64,000 bases of DNA. Origin: Octopus vulgaris (Eukaryota). Positions 13,680 through 26,036 of the stretch are shown piece by piece. The stretch lies in the NCBI GenBank assembly GCA_951406725.2, contig OX597828.1, forward strand, positions 55,614,001 through 55,678,000. The letters are read 5' to 3'. The notes under the pieces were generated by a model. That model made no database searches. It had not been told where the DNA came from and was given only the letters and a program-made list of their open reading frames with translations. The first letter of the stretch is position 1. Every line of letters begins with the position of its first letter. Position numbers and translations under genes: made by a program.

Positions 13680-14135
13680 GAACTAAAGTCCTCATTGGAC
13701 TGTAGCCCTGCTGGGGCATCGTCTTGAATGGGTTTAGTCGAACAAGTTGACCCTAGTAATTTTTAAAGTATGATACTGATTCTATCGGTCAATTTTGCCG
13801 AACCGCTAAATTATGGGGGTGTAAACAAACCAAAACCGGCTCTCAAGCATTGGTGACGAGACACACATAAAGACATGCCCTACACACGCATGTGCACAGG
13901 AATGTGGGGACACACACGCATACACACAGGCATACACACACGCATACTCACACACACACACACACATACATACACACACATATATATATACACACATACC
14001 CGTTTCCGTCTACAAATTCATTCAAAGATCCAAACTCACTCAGACTGTACTTGAAGACGCTTAATGTTCTGTGCCATGAGATTGAACCTGAAACAAGGTA
14101 GTTGCAAACAGAATTTCTCGACAGCCATGTTTGCA
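13680..14135 (-). mobile_element. SINE family D, degenerate, with internal (CA)n
   Basis: Similarity to 29711-30110 on both sides of the internal microsatellite. Confidence 0.7.
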
Positions 14136-14705
14136 GTTCATTAAGTTTATATAATGCAACAATTTTGCTGTTATTTAAGCAATTGAGCAATTATAACTAT
14201 ATTAAGGCAAGCATTGAATATTGCCAAGCATGTTTACGGGCCACTAAGAGAAAGTTGTAAAAGCGTATATTAAAGATTTACATATTTACAGGGTTACATT
14301 ATATCAAATCACATACAATAGGTTCTACGTCTTACATCCGTATCTATTTTATGTTACTGTCTTATTAGCTACTTCTATTCGTGTATCGATTTCTGTTTAC
14401 CATTCTGTGCACGTTCAATGTGCATGCATGTATGTATGTATGTATGTATGTATGTATGTATGTATGTATGTATGTATGTATGTATGTTTATATGTATGTA
14501 TGTATGTATGTTTGTATGTATGTATATATATATATATTTATATATAAAAAAGGAAATGAAGAAAATGCTGACAAAATAATTTAAGTAAGGGAGAGTGTGT
14601 TTAATCAGGTGAAAGTTCTTTACCGGTTGCGCATTTGTTATCCTTATCAAAAGATATTTTTTAAAGAGAGATAGAGTTCCTTTCTGATATATTTTTTCTC
14701 TTATC

Positions 14706-14762
<57 letters not shown>

Positions 14763-15344
14763 TTTAAATTGAATTTGTTTTCTCAAATTGAATTTGTTTT
14801 TTGATAAAATTTAAATTGAATTTATTTTATTATTATAAATTTGAAAATATAGCCACGAAACGCGGGTAGTCTATTTACTAATTATATACTATTTATTTAT
14901 TATTTAGTACTGTATATATTTTAGGTAGTTGTTTTATTGTATCTTTAATTTTTTTCGATATGATTAAAGTATATCATTGTTGAATGGCTTAATAGTGGTT
15001 CTTCTCTCCCCTCTCTCCCTCTATACACACACACACATACATATATATATGTATATAATATGTATATTCTGTGCACATCTTAGTGTACATATATATTCAC
15101 TTACACATGCATACATATACCTTTATATTATGCATGTTGTATATCAAACACAAGATACATATTTATAGATACATATGTCTCTCTGTCTGTCTTCTCTCTA
15201 TATATCTGTCTGTCTTTGTACCTGTCTGTTTATATACATTATATACATGGACACACACACACATATAATTTAAATTTGTATTCATATGCTTCAATATATA
15301 ACTTATGCATATACATGTAAAAAAATATATATAATGTAACGTAA

Positions 15345-15373
15345 AATATTCTTTATTTCTATTTCAGGTAAGT
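15345..15373 (+). promoter_or_regulatory. Candidate recursive splice site (3'SS immediately followed by 5'SS)
   Basis: aatattctttatttctatttCAG|GTAAGT: pyrimidine tract, AG at 15366-15367, perfect donor; TGTAAC branch-like motif just upstream. Confidence 0.55.
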
Positions 15374-15595
15374 AATGCGATAACTTCTAAAGAAATCTAG
15401 CAAGGTGAAAAGGTAAAAAAGAAAAACCATTTTGTTTCCATATTTCTATTCTATATCTGTGTATTAAGGCCACTATTTGTTTCAGGTTAAAGAAATTCTC
15501 CATAATTATACAAGCTAATCACATACAAAAATTGGTATTTGTCTACATTTTGGAGACAAAATGAAACTAATTGCAACATTAATACACACATAATG

Positions 15596-15720
15596 TGTTG
15601 TGCCTGGGGAGAGTCATTTTGTTTTTATGCCTTATAATGTAACACACTCATCTGTAAAATTTCCACGAATGTGTTACATTATAAGGCACAAAAAGAAAAT
15701 GACTCTCCCCAGACACAACA
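15596..15720. mobile_element. Palindromic MITE-like fold-back
   Basis: ~52-bp arms tgttgtgcctggggagagtcatttt…taatgtaacaca / tgtgttacatta…aaaatgactctccccagacacaaca around a ~20-nt spacer. Confidence 0.75.
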
Positions 15721-15834
15721 GAATATGCTTCAACACACGAACTCATAAAGAATCTTTCAAACCAAATCCCAAAACGAATCACAAATAATCTTTATCTTCC
15801 AAAGCAGTGTTGAGCCCTCACTCATTCTCATTGT

Positions 15835-15894
<60 letters not shown>

Positions 15895-16219
15895 TATAAA
15901 ATACCTGATTTCAAAATTAAAGTATTGTTCAACCTGTGGGGATGTGACACTCGTTTGAATGGTTCGTCTCATGTAAATGAAATAAACGTGCGCTTGTAAT
16001 ATTATTTGTCTGTTGAGTGTGTTTTCTTTTTTTTTTTTTTTTTTTTACCTAAGGCTGTAATATATTAAGATCATCGACACTTAACGTTCACTCATGAATT
16101 GTAGTAATTCGTGACAAGCTTCAATAGATATCGGTCTAGTGTTCTCTAATCAAACGAACTCATTTGGTAAGATCTGTAGATCCCAATATGCAGTTGTCAC
16201 GAATCACGTATGTATGCAC

Positions 16220-16253
<34 letters not shown>

Positions 16254-16323
16254 TTACATACATACATATGCATATATATATATATATATATATTAATTTG
16301 CCTCTCTATATAGATAGAGACAG

Positions 16324-16357
<34 letters not shown>

Positions 16358-16377
16358 ATGTATATATATATCTGTAA

Positions 16378-16417
<40 letters not shown>

Positions 16418-16668
16418 TAAGCATAAGCATATGCATTATGTGTGTGTGTAAGCTTCAGGGATCAAGTTGTAGGAAGAAAGTTAGCTTCAAGCAATCCGAA
16501 GTAAATATTTAAAAAAAAGTCACTTTCAGAGACAATAGTAGTTTATTGAAACGGGTGTTGAGGATTTTTTTCCGTATCGAAGAACGATAAGCTGAAAAAA
16601 GGTATTTTTATATTCCAGGGTAAGCGACCAGAGTTGCCGGGTCTGGGAATAAGAATACAAGAGTTACA

Positions 16669-16743
16669 GAATGGAGTAGGAATGATCCGGGCTACATATG
16701 TTTCAAAGCAAGTTCATGTAGTCCGGATCTTTCCTACTCCATT

Positions 16744-16744
<1 letters not shown>
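16669..16744. repeat. 29-bp inverted repeat with 18-nt loop abutting (TA)n
   Basis: gaatggagtaggaatgatccgggctacat (16669-16697) vs atgtagtccggatctttcctactccattc (16716-16744), 2 differences. Confidence 0.9.
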
Positions 16745-16804
<60 letters not shown>

Positions 16805-16849
16805 TTTGATAGCTGTTGACTAGTAGATCAGTATAACAATCATTGATAA

Positions 16850-17300
16850 AGCAATGCCTTTACGAACCTTTCAGATTCAATAAGACTTGTGCATCACCTG
16901 ATAGTCCCTCTCCATACTATTACCGTGATCCAGACACAAGCCGAGAGAAGGTATTTAGTGTCAATTTGCGATGCAATCTCACAGCTCTCAGAACGTCATG
17001 GTCTTAGGCAGAATATCCTCAAAATATCGGATACCATTTGCTGCATTTCCAGTTTTGTATCAGAGCGACCTTATAGAAACATGTTTTTAAAAAGCTGAGG
17101 GGTGCTTCACTTCCTGTGGTCTTTCAGCGGGAACCAATTGGAACTTCAGAGTGCCCGTGCTTTTGCTAGATGGTCGTCAAATTTACACTGGGTCCATCGG
17201 CCCTTTCATAAGGACTTTCTTATAGTTACTGCTGGGTTTCTTGTATCCCTCTTCACCAGTCAAACCTGGTGGAGGTGCCGGTTTAGACACCGACGACCCG
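16850..17300 (-). mobile_element. Possible decayed Tc1/mariner-superfamily transposase remnant
   Basis: Minus-strand fragments SGR…KRDTRNPAVTIRK, VKHP and IDTKYLLSAC resemble maT/Tc1-type transposases; heavily deleted. Confidence 0.35.
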
Positions 17301-17861
17301 ACAAAATAACAAACTAACTAAACTTTATTCATGGATTAGCAATGCTACGAATGTTTTTATGTCTACGATGTTCTTTCCGTTCTCATCTTCCAGATCCACT
17401 TACAAGGCCTTGTGTTGTCTGCTATGTATATATAAATCTATTTATGTGTGGCTTTGTGTTTGTGTTCGTCTCTCACTAACACGTTAAAGCGAGCGTTGTT
17501 TCGTTTACATACCTCAGCATGGCCGTTATCCAGTGACTGAAACAAGGAAAAGGAAAACGACAGTGACTAAAAATACCATGTAATTTAAAGCCTGCTGGAA
17601 ATAACAGGCATACAACCCTCAAATCACTCTTCTACCATCTAAAATTGACGGGCACTTTTCGTAATGTAGACTTTATAAATTATACATTCTTTGAGAAACA
17701 GGATAGGCATGGATGGAATAAATTTGATTCGTAGGCTTGCCCGATTAGGTTTAACTAGGGACTCAACAGTCCTCAAACAACAACCGTCATCAGCAACAAC
17801 AGCCGTTCAAGAATTCGGACCTGGAGATCTACATTTCCAGCGACTTTGAGGCTCACCTCCC

Positions 17862-18000
17862 AGTGGTGTCGGGCGTCAACGGAGCGCCCTCGTCTACAAC
17901 AAAACGACCAAAGTATTTTTCTTTTTTCCAAGGTCTGGGGTCTCCCGCCCCTAAGCCCTAGACAATCATCTAATCACCCTTACACGTCTTGTTGCTTAAC
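17862..18000 (+). mobile_element. ~140-bp retro-element 3' end terminating in (CAA)n
   Basis: Inverted second copy at 37885-38023; both end in a CAA tail. Confidence 0.7.
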
Positions 18001-18046
18001 AACAACAACAACAACAGCAGCAACAGCAGCAGCAGCAACAACAGTC

Positions 18047-18400
18047 GAGGCGCAATGGCCTAGTGGTTAGTTCAGCGGACTCGCGGTCGGAGGATCGTGG
18101 TTTCGATTCCCAGACCGGGCGTTGTGTGTGTTTATTGAGCGAAAACACCTAAAGCTCCATGATGCTCCGGCAGGGGGTGTTGGCGACTCCTGTTATACTC
18201 TTTTGCTCCAACCTTCTCTCATTCTGTCTTCCTGTTCCTTGTCCCCGACTTCCTATGCAACCGCTGAGCTTGGATGCGCATTCATCCATCTGTAGATGCT
18301 CTCGGTGTCGGAGGTTGACCTGCGGGTCTTACGAATAGCAAAGGACCACGTTTCGGACTTCTCCCATCTTGCGACCTCTGGGACGAAGACGGTTCGCTCA
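18047..18400 (+). mobile_element. tRNA-derived SINE family B, full length, (CAA/CAG)n tail
   Basis: A-box TGGCCTAGTGG, B-box GTTTCGATTCC; near-identical to 43726-44092. Confidence 0.9.
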
Positions 18401-19384
18401 ACAGCAACAGCAGCAACAACAACAGTGACAACAACCAGAGACAACAACTAACAAATGTAATGCGTATATAAATACAGATGCTCGCGATCGATTAGGTAAA
18501 AATAAAAGTCAAAACACTCTACCACACACAGAAAAACACATAAACACACACACACACATACACACACACAGAGTAATCCCCTCTCACCGTCTGACACACT
18601 CTGTCTAGCAGACACAATTACATACAGACGAGCACATGAAATCATGTATGATGAATACACAGAAGTACACCAACATTCACATACTGAAACTAAACCAAAC
18701 GTGACTACATTATACATCGACATTCGTATAGTTATTTACATTAACAGCCGCTTGGTGGCAACCGATTGTCTTTAACTAAGAACAGCCACCGGCTACAGGG
18801 TTTCATATAACTCAAGAACATTGCACTCACTTTGCTAATACATAAATATCTAAACACCTTCCATATTTAATATTTCATAGCTGTTTTCTATTCACAGAAG
18901 ACATTGTTATGAGTTTAGTCAATAAAATATGTATATGTACACACGGTTTTTGCTTCATCTCTTTATCTTTCACTAATGATTTGTCCTCAGCCACTTTCGT
19001 CTGTCACTGGCATTTAATCGTTTTTAGGCTCGATATTTTGTCATTTGTCACTGATGTGCAGTCATCCATGACCTTATTGGTTCAGCGAGAGCCTTCTTTT
19101 GCTGCAGTTATCACGTTGCTAATATGCGTGAGATGGACGCAAACGTGCATACACGTAGCACATGCACATGTTTGTCTTTATTCGTATGTGTGCATTTATT
19201 AACATGTGCAAGGCACACCGGATAAAATGATCAGAAGCATTTAGTCCAGCTGAGTTCAAATTCCGATTTTCGGGACCAATAAATAAAGTGCGAGTTGAAC
19301 CCTAGGGGCGACGTAATTAATTAACTCCATCTCTAAAAATTTCAGACGTTGTGCCTGGAGTAACAAAAGGATTTATTTATATGT

Positions 19385-19548
19385 GTATATCTATCTCTGT
19401 CTGTCTGTCTGCCTGTCTATCTGTCTGTCTGTATGCATGTCTGCTTATCTGTCTGCCTCTTTGTCTGTCTGTCTGTCTCTCCAGCCATCTATCTATCTAG
19501 CTGCCTATCTATCTATCTGTCTGTCTGTCTCTTTGTTTATCTATTTTC

Positions 19549-19615
<67 letters not shown>

Positions 19616-19664
19616 GCTGCCTATCTATCTATCTGTCTGTCTGTCTCTTTGTTTATCTATTTTC

Positions 19665-19729
<65 letters not shown>

Positions 19730-19782
19730 CATCCATCCATCCATCCATCCATCCATCCATCCATCCATCCATCCATCCATCC

Positions 19783-19846
<64 letters not shown>

Positions 19847-19850
19847 GTTT
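19385..19850. repeat. (TCTG)/(TCTA)/(TCCA)n compound tetranucleotide array with an internal duplication
   Basis: Direct read. Confidence 0.95.
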
Positions 19851-20264
19851 AACCATCCATCTGTCCATCCATCCGTACATTCATACATCCATCCATACAT
19901 ATATATCTGTGTGCATGCGTACAGATATGTGCGTATATACAGGCAAACATACATATACATATAAAAACAGCAATCCATAAGTGTGCCAAGTGAAATAGAA
20001 AAGAGCTCTCGCTGCAGTAAGATGAAACAATTTTGCACGCGCACACACACATACACACACACACACGGTTTATTCATTATATTTACATATACAGCCAGCA
20101 CACATCTTTGCAATATAGTATGCGTCTGTCTCTCTTTCTGTATGCCTGTCCGTGCCCTCGCATATACTCTCATGTTTCCTCAAGGAAATCATAGAAGTAC
20201 TTCACATGTATTCGGCTTTCACACTCGTGTATAATATATGATCTAACATAATATGATATAATTA

Positions 20265-20450
20265 TTTCAAATTTTTGCCACAAGGGCAGCTTCGGTGAGG
20301 TGGGGACGGGTCAATTGCATCGACCCCAGTGTTCAGTTGGTGCTTATTTTATAGACCCCGAAAGGATGAAAGACAAAGATGAACTCGGCGGAATTTGAAC
20401 TCAGAACGTAGCGACTGGTGAAATACCACTAAGCATTTCGTCCAGCGCCC
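20265..20450 (-). mobile_element. SINE family A
   Basis: gaccccgaaaggatgaaagacaaag…ggaatttgaactcagaacg. Confidence 0.85.
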
Positions 20451-20546
20451 TCGCCCTCTTAATATAATATATTATAATATAATATAATATAATATAATAT
20501 AATATAATATATATATATATAATATAGTATAGTACGATATATATAT

Positions 20547-20588
<42 letters not shown>

Positions 20589-21083
20589 TAATATAATATG
20601 ATATATATAATATAATATATATAGTGTAATAAAATATAAGATAATGTAATATATGTAAGTACCTAGTTATGTGTGAATGTGTGCATGTGTATATGTGTGT
20701 TTTTCGTATGCCACCAACTTTGCTGCCACTTCTGTATATTAGCAACATCAATTCGACTATCCCACCTCTCTCGCTACCAAAAGTGCTACTTATAGCATGT
20801 GTATCACAAGTATCAATCTTTCTCTTTACCTCGGTTGCCAAATGAAACATGCCGGCGTTTTCCCTGAACTGGTTTCAAAGACGAACCCATGCTTTAGTTG
20901 AGTGCATTTCACTCACTGCACATCGAATGCAGTTGTAGATCAGTTTCAGCCAACCACGGCTAAAAGCAATGTGCATTTGTGAATTCTCTAACCATTTACC
21001 GCTATCGAAACATTCAATACTTTCATCCCAAGTAAACAATTATGATAATAATAATAATAGTAATAATAATAGTAATAATAGTG

Positions 21084-21144
<61 letters not shown>

Positions 21145-21159
21145 AACTATAACAATAAC

Positions 21160-21625
21160 CGATATTAAAGTATTCAGTGTGGGGGCATGAAAGTGAAAAC
21201 AATTCCAATTATAATGGGAGCATTTGGCATAATAAAAAAGAAAAATATCTGAACAAAAACATAGACGCTATACCAGGATCTTCAACGCTATCCAAAAAGA
21301 TGCTCTGCTAGCAACATCCTACGCAAGATAATTAGATGATTCACCTTTGGAAAATGGGTGTTATATTCAACATTCTTAAACAACCCTTATTCAGGGATCT
21401 TTTGAGCGGGATGGGATACGCGACCTGAAGAAAATTCTTACTAGGCCCCACCTGCAAGGTCATACACTTTACCTTGATATGAGACCACCATTTCGCGCAC
21501 ATATGGTTGTGATGCATGTGCCGGATGTACCCTTATCAGACGGGTAGTTATGATTGGTATACTGGGCTTCGTATATTTTACACCAGTGTCACTTTGATGG
21601 CATGCACTACTCTCTCACTCACTAA
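21160..21625 (+). mobile_element. R4/Dong-like LINE 3' end (restriction-like endonuclease remnant plus 3' UTR) between (TAA)n tracts
   Basis: Translates MKVKTIPIIMGAFGII…IPGS…IQKDALLA; the following sequence recurs after the same peptide at 44670-44835 and ends in (TAA)n. Confidence 0.7.
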
Positions 21626-21627
21626 TA

Positions 21628-21654
<27 letters not shown>

Positions 21655-21658
<4 letters not shown>

Positions 21659-21980
21659 CTTGATGCAGTAGAAGCACTGACTCTCATAGCTTTTGACCTT
21701 AACTGATTGGTAGGGTTATCATGAATATGTTTTGTCTTGGGCTACTGTAAATATTCTGCTCAGTACTGCAGATTTGCTTGTCAGTTGTTTGACCTTAACT
21801 AGTTGAGGATGTCCCTTAGTGACTGACGATGTTTGCATTTCTCATTACGAGCAGAGGTAGTGGAGTAGCATCATAGTCATGAGTTGAGAGGAGTTTTGGG
21901 TGGGGGTTAAATAATTTACCTCTGGAAACATGGGTGTTTTATTCATCATCCTTAAACAAAACTTATTCAAGGATCTTTTG
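21655..21980 (+). mobile_element. Second fragment of the same LINE 3'-UTR repeat
   Basis: Its end (tttacctctggaaacatgggtgtt…ccttaaacaa…cttattcaaggatcttttg) duplicates ~21338-21403. Confidence 0.6.
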
Positions 21981-22145
21981 CTGGTGTGTTTACGTCCCCG
22001 TTCCTTATCGGTTCAACAAGAGAGACCGATAGAATAAGTAACAGGCTTACGAAGTATAAGTCCTGGGGTTGATTTGCTCGACTAAAGGTGGTGCTCCAGC
22101 ATGGCCGCAGTCAAATGACTGAAACAAATAAAAGAATAAAAGAAT
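21980..22145 (+). mobile_element. SINE family D 3' half
   Basis: ctggtgtgtttacgtcccc…gactaaaggtggtgctccagcatggccgcagtcaaatgactgaaacaaataaaagaataaaag. Confidence 0.85.
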
Positions 22146-22989
22146 ATACATACACACACACACAAACACACACTCACACACACATATGCATACAATATAT
22201 TGATACAAACATACGCACAACACTTACACGCATTGCTGTTATGTTTAAGCACGGTCTAAAAGGAAACAGAGCTTGAACAGAGCGTCTCATGAGAGCGAAA
22301 CCAGATGCCTGCCATGTACTGAACGACCTCGTTTCTACGTACGTAAGAGACCCTCTGATACAATTATATCTGGGAAATTAGCTAGTCTCTTCATATCACA
22401 AGAGGCTTACGTATAACGTCGTAACCAATCACCCAATTGTAGGTAGACTGCATATTGATATTTCCATTCCAGAAATAACCAGCTTAACAACGGTTTCAGA
22501 TTTTACGCCATGACTAAAATTCCCGCCAAAGTCTGTACAGTGCCTTGTTATGACTACATGCAAACGTTATGGGAAAAAAAACGAGAAAAAAACCCAGGGA
22601 TAAATAAAAAGTGTAAGGAGAGAAAGGGGAGATATTTAAAGAGGAGGAAGAAGAAGAAAAAGTGATTTAAGGAGGAAGGAAAAGAGAGAAATGTGTTTAT
22701 ACGCGGGAAGTCCATTCCCTAAATATAGGACATGTTTAAAAAAATCGATAAATTTGTCGCGCTTTCAATGTTTGTTTATTTTAAACACGCACCCCCTCCC
22801 CCCTACGCACACGCACTTACTCACGCACGCACACAATTTTCTTGTGGGCAAAATTGAATAATATATGAGTAATCCAATTAGATATCTATTTGTCGATAAA
22901 AGAAAAGTGCCTGACAGGATCAGGTGCAACGTGAAGTGAAAATCTGAGGGACTTTTTTTCGTTCATCAGTTGTTGTTCCATCTTGAAAG

Positions 22990-23049
<60 letters not shown>

Positions 23050-23056
23050 ATTATTA

Positions 23057-23117
<61 letters not shown>

Positions 23118-23125
23118 CATTATTA
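22990..23125. repeat. (ATT)n microsatellite
   Basis: Direct read. Confidence 0.95.
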
Positions 23126-23616
23126 CCTCTTGTTTTCTAATGGCTACTTAGTGCAATGCATCAATCAGTCGGTATCGTTTCTATAGAAACATAGTGAAGT
23201 AACAAAAATATAAATATATATAAATATGATTGTGCGTGCGTGCGCGCTCGTGTGTGTGTGTATACATATATATATATATATATGCATACACACACTTTCA
23301 CAATCCTTTCACTGGTTTGAGCCATTGGAGTGCTGCAATAGAAGAGCGCAGAATTTCACAGGATTCATGGGGAATATCGACTCGGAAACTTACACGAGCC
23401 TGGTACTTATTTTGTTAAGCATTTATTAGTGAAAAAAAAACACGCACACACATTGACGAGACAGATGGGTACAACATTAACAGCTCCTGATTTCGATGTG
23501 CATAGGCACTCATACGCATAAGCATAGAAAGACACACACATACACACATATATGCATATTTATGTATACTTTCACAGATGTTGATGCATACATATATATG
23601 CATGCATACATACATA

Positions 23617-23677
<61 letters not shown>

Positions 23678-23678
<1 letters not shown>

Positions 23679-23856
23679 GGGAGAGTTTACGAAAAAAACA
23701 AAAGACGAAGACAGGTGGTGTACAAAACAAGCAGATGTATTAGTATAACACTCAGGAATAGAAAAAGTCTTTTACGTTTCAAGCCTACGCTCTTCTATAG
23801 AAAGGGACACAGAAAAAACAAGGAGAGAAAAAAATGTGTGTAGTGGCTAACGATCT

Positions 23857-23860
<4 letters not shown>
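23678..23860 (-). mobile_element. ~185-bp PLE-derived HHR element, copy 2
   Basis: Flanked on both sides by (TA)n; HHR core mutated to CTATAGA. Confidence 0.8.
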
Positions 23861-23903
<43 letters not shown>

Positions 23904-24300
23904 ATCTATGCATACACACAGACACACACACCTATTATTCGACCTTGTTACAGTGGGTATTTTAGAGACTTTTGTGTGAAATCAGTTTGAATGGACATTT
24001 AATGGAGACATATATATTCTATTTACTTTCGTCCATTATTCTTCGATTAATGAAGATGAACTGATAAAACATGTCAAATACTTAATAATAATTGAAGGAG
24101 ACGAATTTACAGCTATCATTTACAATTCAATTCTTGTTACGCTCCGGTGAGTTCTGACTAAGCAGAATTAATTTCGAAGATATTGCAACTAATACTAACA
24201 GATATGCCGTCCCTACAATACGTTTGCAACTATATACTCGCAAGAGACTAGATTTGATTGGGATTTGTGCGCTACTTTTGTTAACATGGCTTGCATTGTA

Positions 24301-24484
24301 TCAGTCGCCATGATAGATCGTTAGCCACTATACACATTTCTTTCTCTCCTTGTACTTTTCGGTGTCTCTTTCTGTAGAAGAGCGTAGGCTCGAAACGTAA
24401 AAGACTTTTTCTATTCCTGAGTGTTATACTAATACATCTGTTTGTTTTGTACACCACCTGTCCTCGTCTTCGTAAACTCTCCCT
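24301..24484 (+). mobile_element. ~185-bp PLE-derived HHR element, copy 3 (inverted relative to copy 2)
   Basis: Reverse complement of copies 1, 2 and 5; contains the motif at 24367-24404. Confidence 0.8.
24367..24404 (+). ncRNA. Minimal type I hammerhead-like motif with variant core CUGUAGA
   Basis: TCTTT-CTGTAGA-A-GAGC-GTAG-GCTC-GAAAC-GTA-AAAGA: stem I 5 bp, stem II 4 bp, palindromic ACGT stem III, GUA site. Confidence 0.65.
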
Positions 24485-25429
24485 ATATATCACACGCTCA
24501 CGTGGTCGCACATGTTGATCCTGTCGTTTCTTACCACACACGAGCCTCTCCACTGGACCTTCTATATACCCTTTACGGATTCTCCTTTGGACATTTATCC
24601 TCCGGCTGCACCTCTCCTACCTCCGGATCACTGTGGACTACTACTCTTGATGAAAAATCCTTGCGTTGTAGATGCTGCCTAGTTGGTACAGTCCCTGAAA
24701 GGATGGTAAAAGATGTACCAGATTCAAGAAATCTATAGAACCCCTTCTCCTCATATCTGACTGGTGGTCAATCTTAGAAATCAATATTTCATGAAGACGG
24801 ACTCCATTACATTAATATGTGGGGCAATTATAGATTGCTTTTTGACATGGCCAAATGTCTGGGTGATGAGTTTAATATTTAATATTACTATAAATGTAAC
24901 ATATGAAAATATTGTAACAATCATGTTTAATTTTAGATAGATCATTTCTGTGTTCTTTTAAAAATGGCGGGCTATAAGGAATTGATTGAGAACAGTAGAT
25001 ATTTTTATAATGAGCGTAACCAAGATTTTAGCATAGTAAGCAAACACGTTAGCTTTGGTTTCAATTGCAAACTTGAAACCATTCAACTACGCAGCCGATT
25101 CAGTGTCATTATTATTCAGTAGGCAATCAAACAACACTTCTTATGTTATTTCTTATATTATGTGTGGCACTACCATAGTCTACATTACGTGAAACCATGT
25201 AAAATATTCAACATACGTGTCTGAATGATGATGAGTCACGTCTTATGCAGATTCTCGAAAATGATTGCCCATGCTTATAATACATAGATAGATACATACA
25301 TACTTGCATTCCTACATACACCCATTTTTAACTGCCGTCCTGGGTCCATCTGCTCATTACAAACCGATTGTAGAAGATCTAATGTAAGTTATAAATGCAC
25401 CGTCCTCAACACATTACACAATTCTACAG

Positions 25430-25480
<51 letters not shown>

Positions 25481-25484
<4 letters not shown>

Positions 25485-25790
25485 CAACCATAAATTTAAA
25501 ACAATGATATGCTGCTCATCTCAATTCTTTTAGATACGAGAAACACAGTAAATCCACAACATTCGCCAGTCACATACATCATTTCAAAAATAGTAATTGT
25601 AAAAGAACATTGTAATTGTAATAGAACATTGTGTTATGATTCATAATAGATTCAGGGCTTCCATACCAAGGTCAACGCTTAACCTGTAAGTTATGCCTAA
25701 AAGAGGCATTCCACATATTAAAAGACAACTCCTCGACACTACTAAACAAATATAACGAAGCCCTGAGTACATGCAACCTAAATCACCACA
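25481..25790 (+). pseudogene. Penelope-like element GIY-YIG endonuclease C-terminal remnant
   Basis: Translates LKQ*YAAHLNSFRYEKHSKSTTFASHIHHFK…IIDSGLPYQGQRLTCKLCLKEAFHILKDNSSTLLNKYNEALSTC, the PLE H..SF…C.LCL.E…LLN pattern; starts at a (TA)n tract. Confidence 0.75.
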
Positions 25791-26036
25791 GAGCATATAT
25801 CCACAACATCCCTTAGGTGATCCACAGCAACCCTACTTAACTTTCCCTTATCTCCATTTTAATTTTTAATCTTTAATTGTTTAACTCCCTATCTTATTTT
25901 AAAGATCTCAAGCATTTAACACTACATATTTGGACACACAAGCGGATATATGTATGTCTAAATGTGTGTGCATGCATTTTTATGCATATATGTATATGTA
26001 TGTGGGTATATGTCCGCATATATATATATATATATA

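Noticed and set aside
18047-18120. tRNA-like sequences with A/B boxes (also 6423, 43726, 8984, 58338)
   Set aside because: Heads of SINEs continuing into conserved bodies and tails with TSDs; not free tRNA genes
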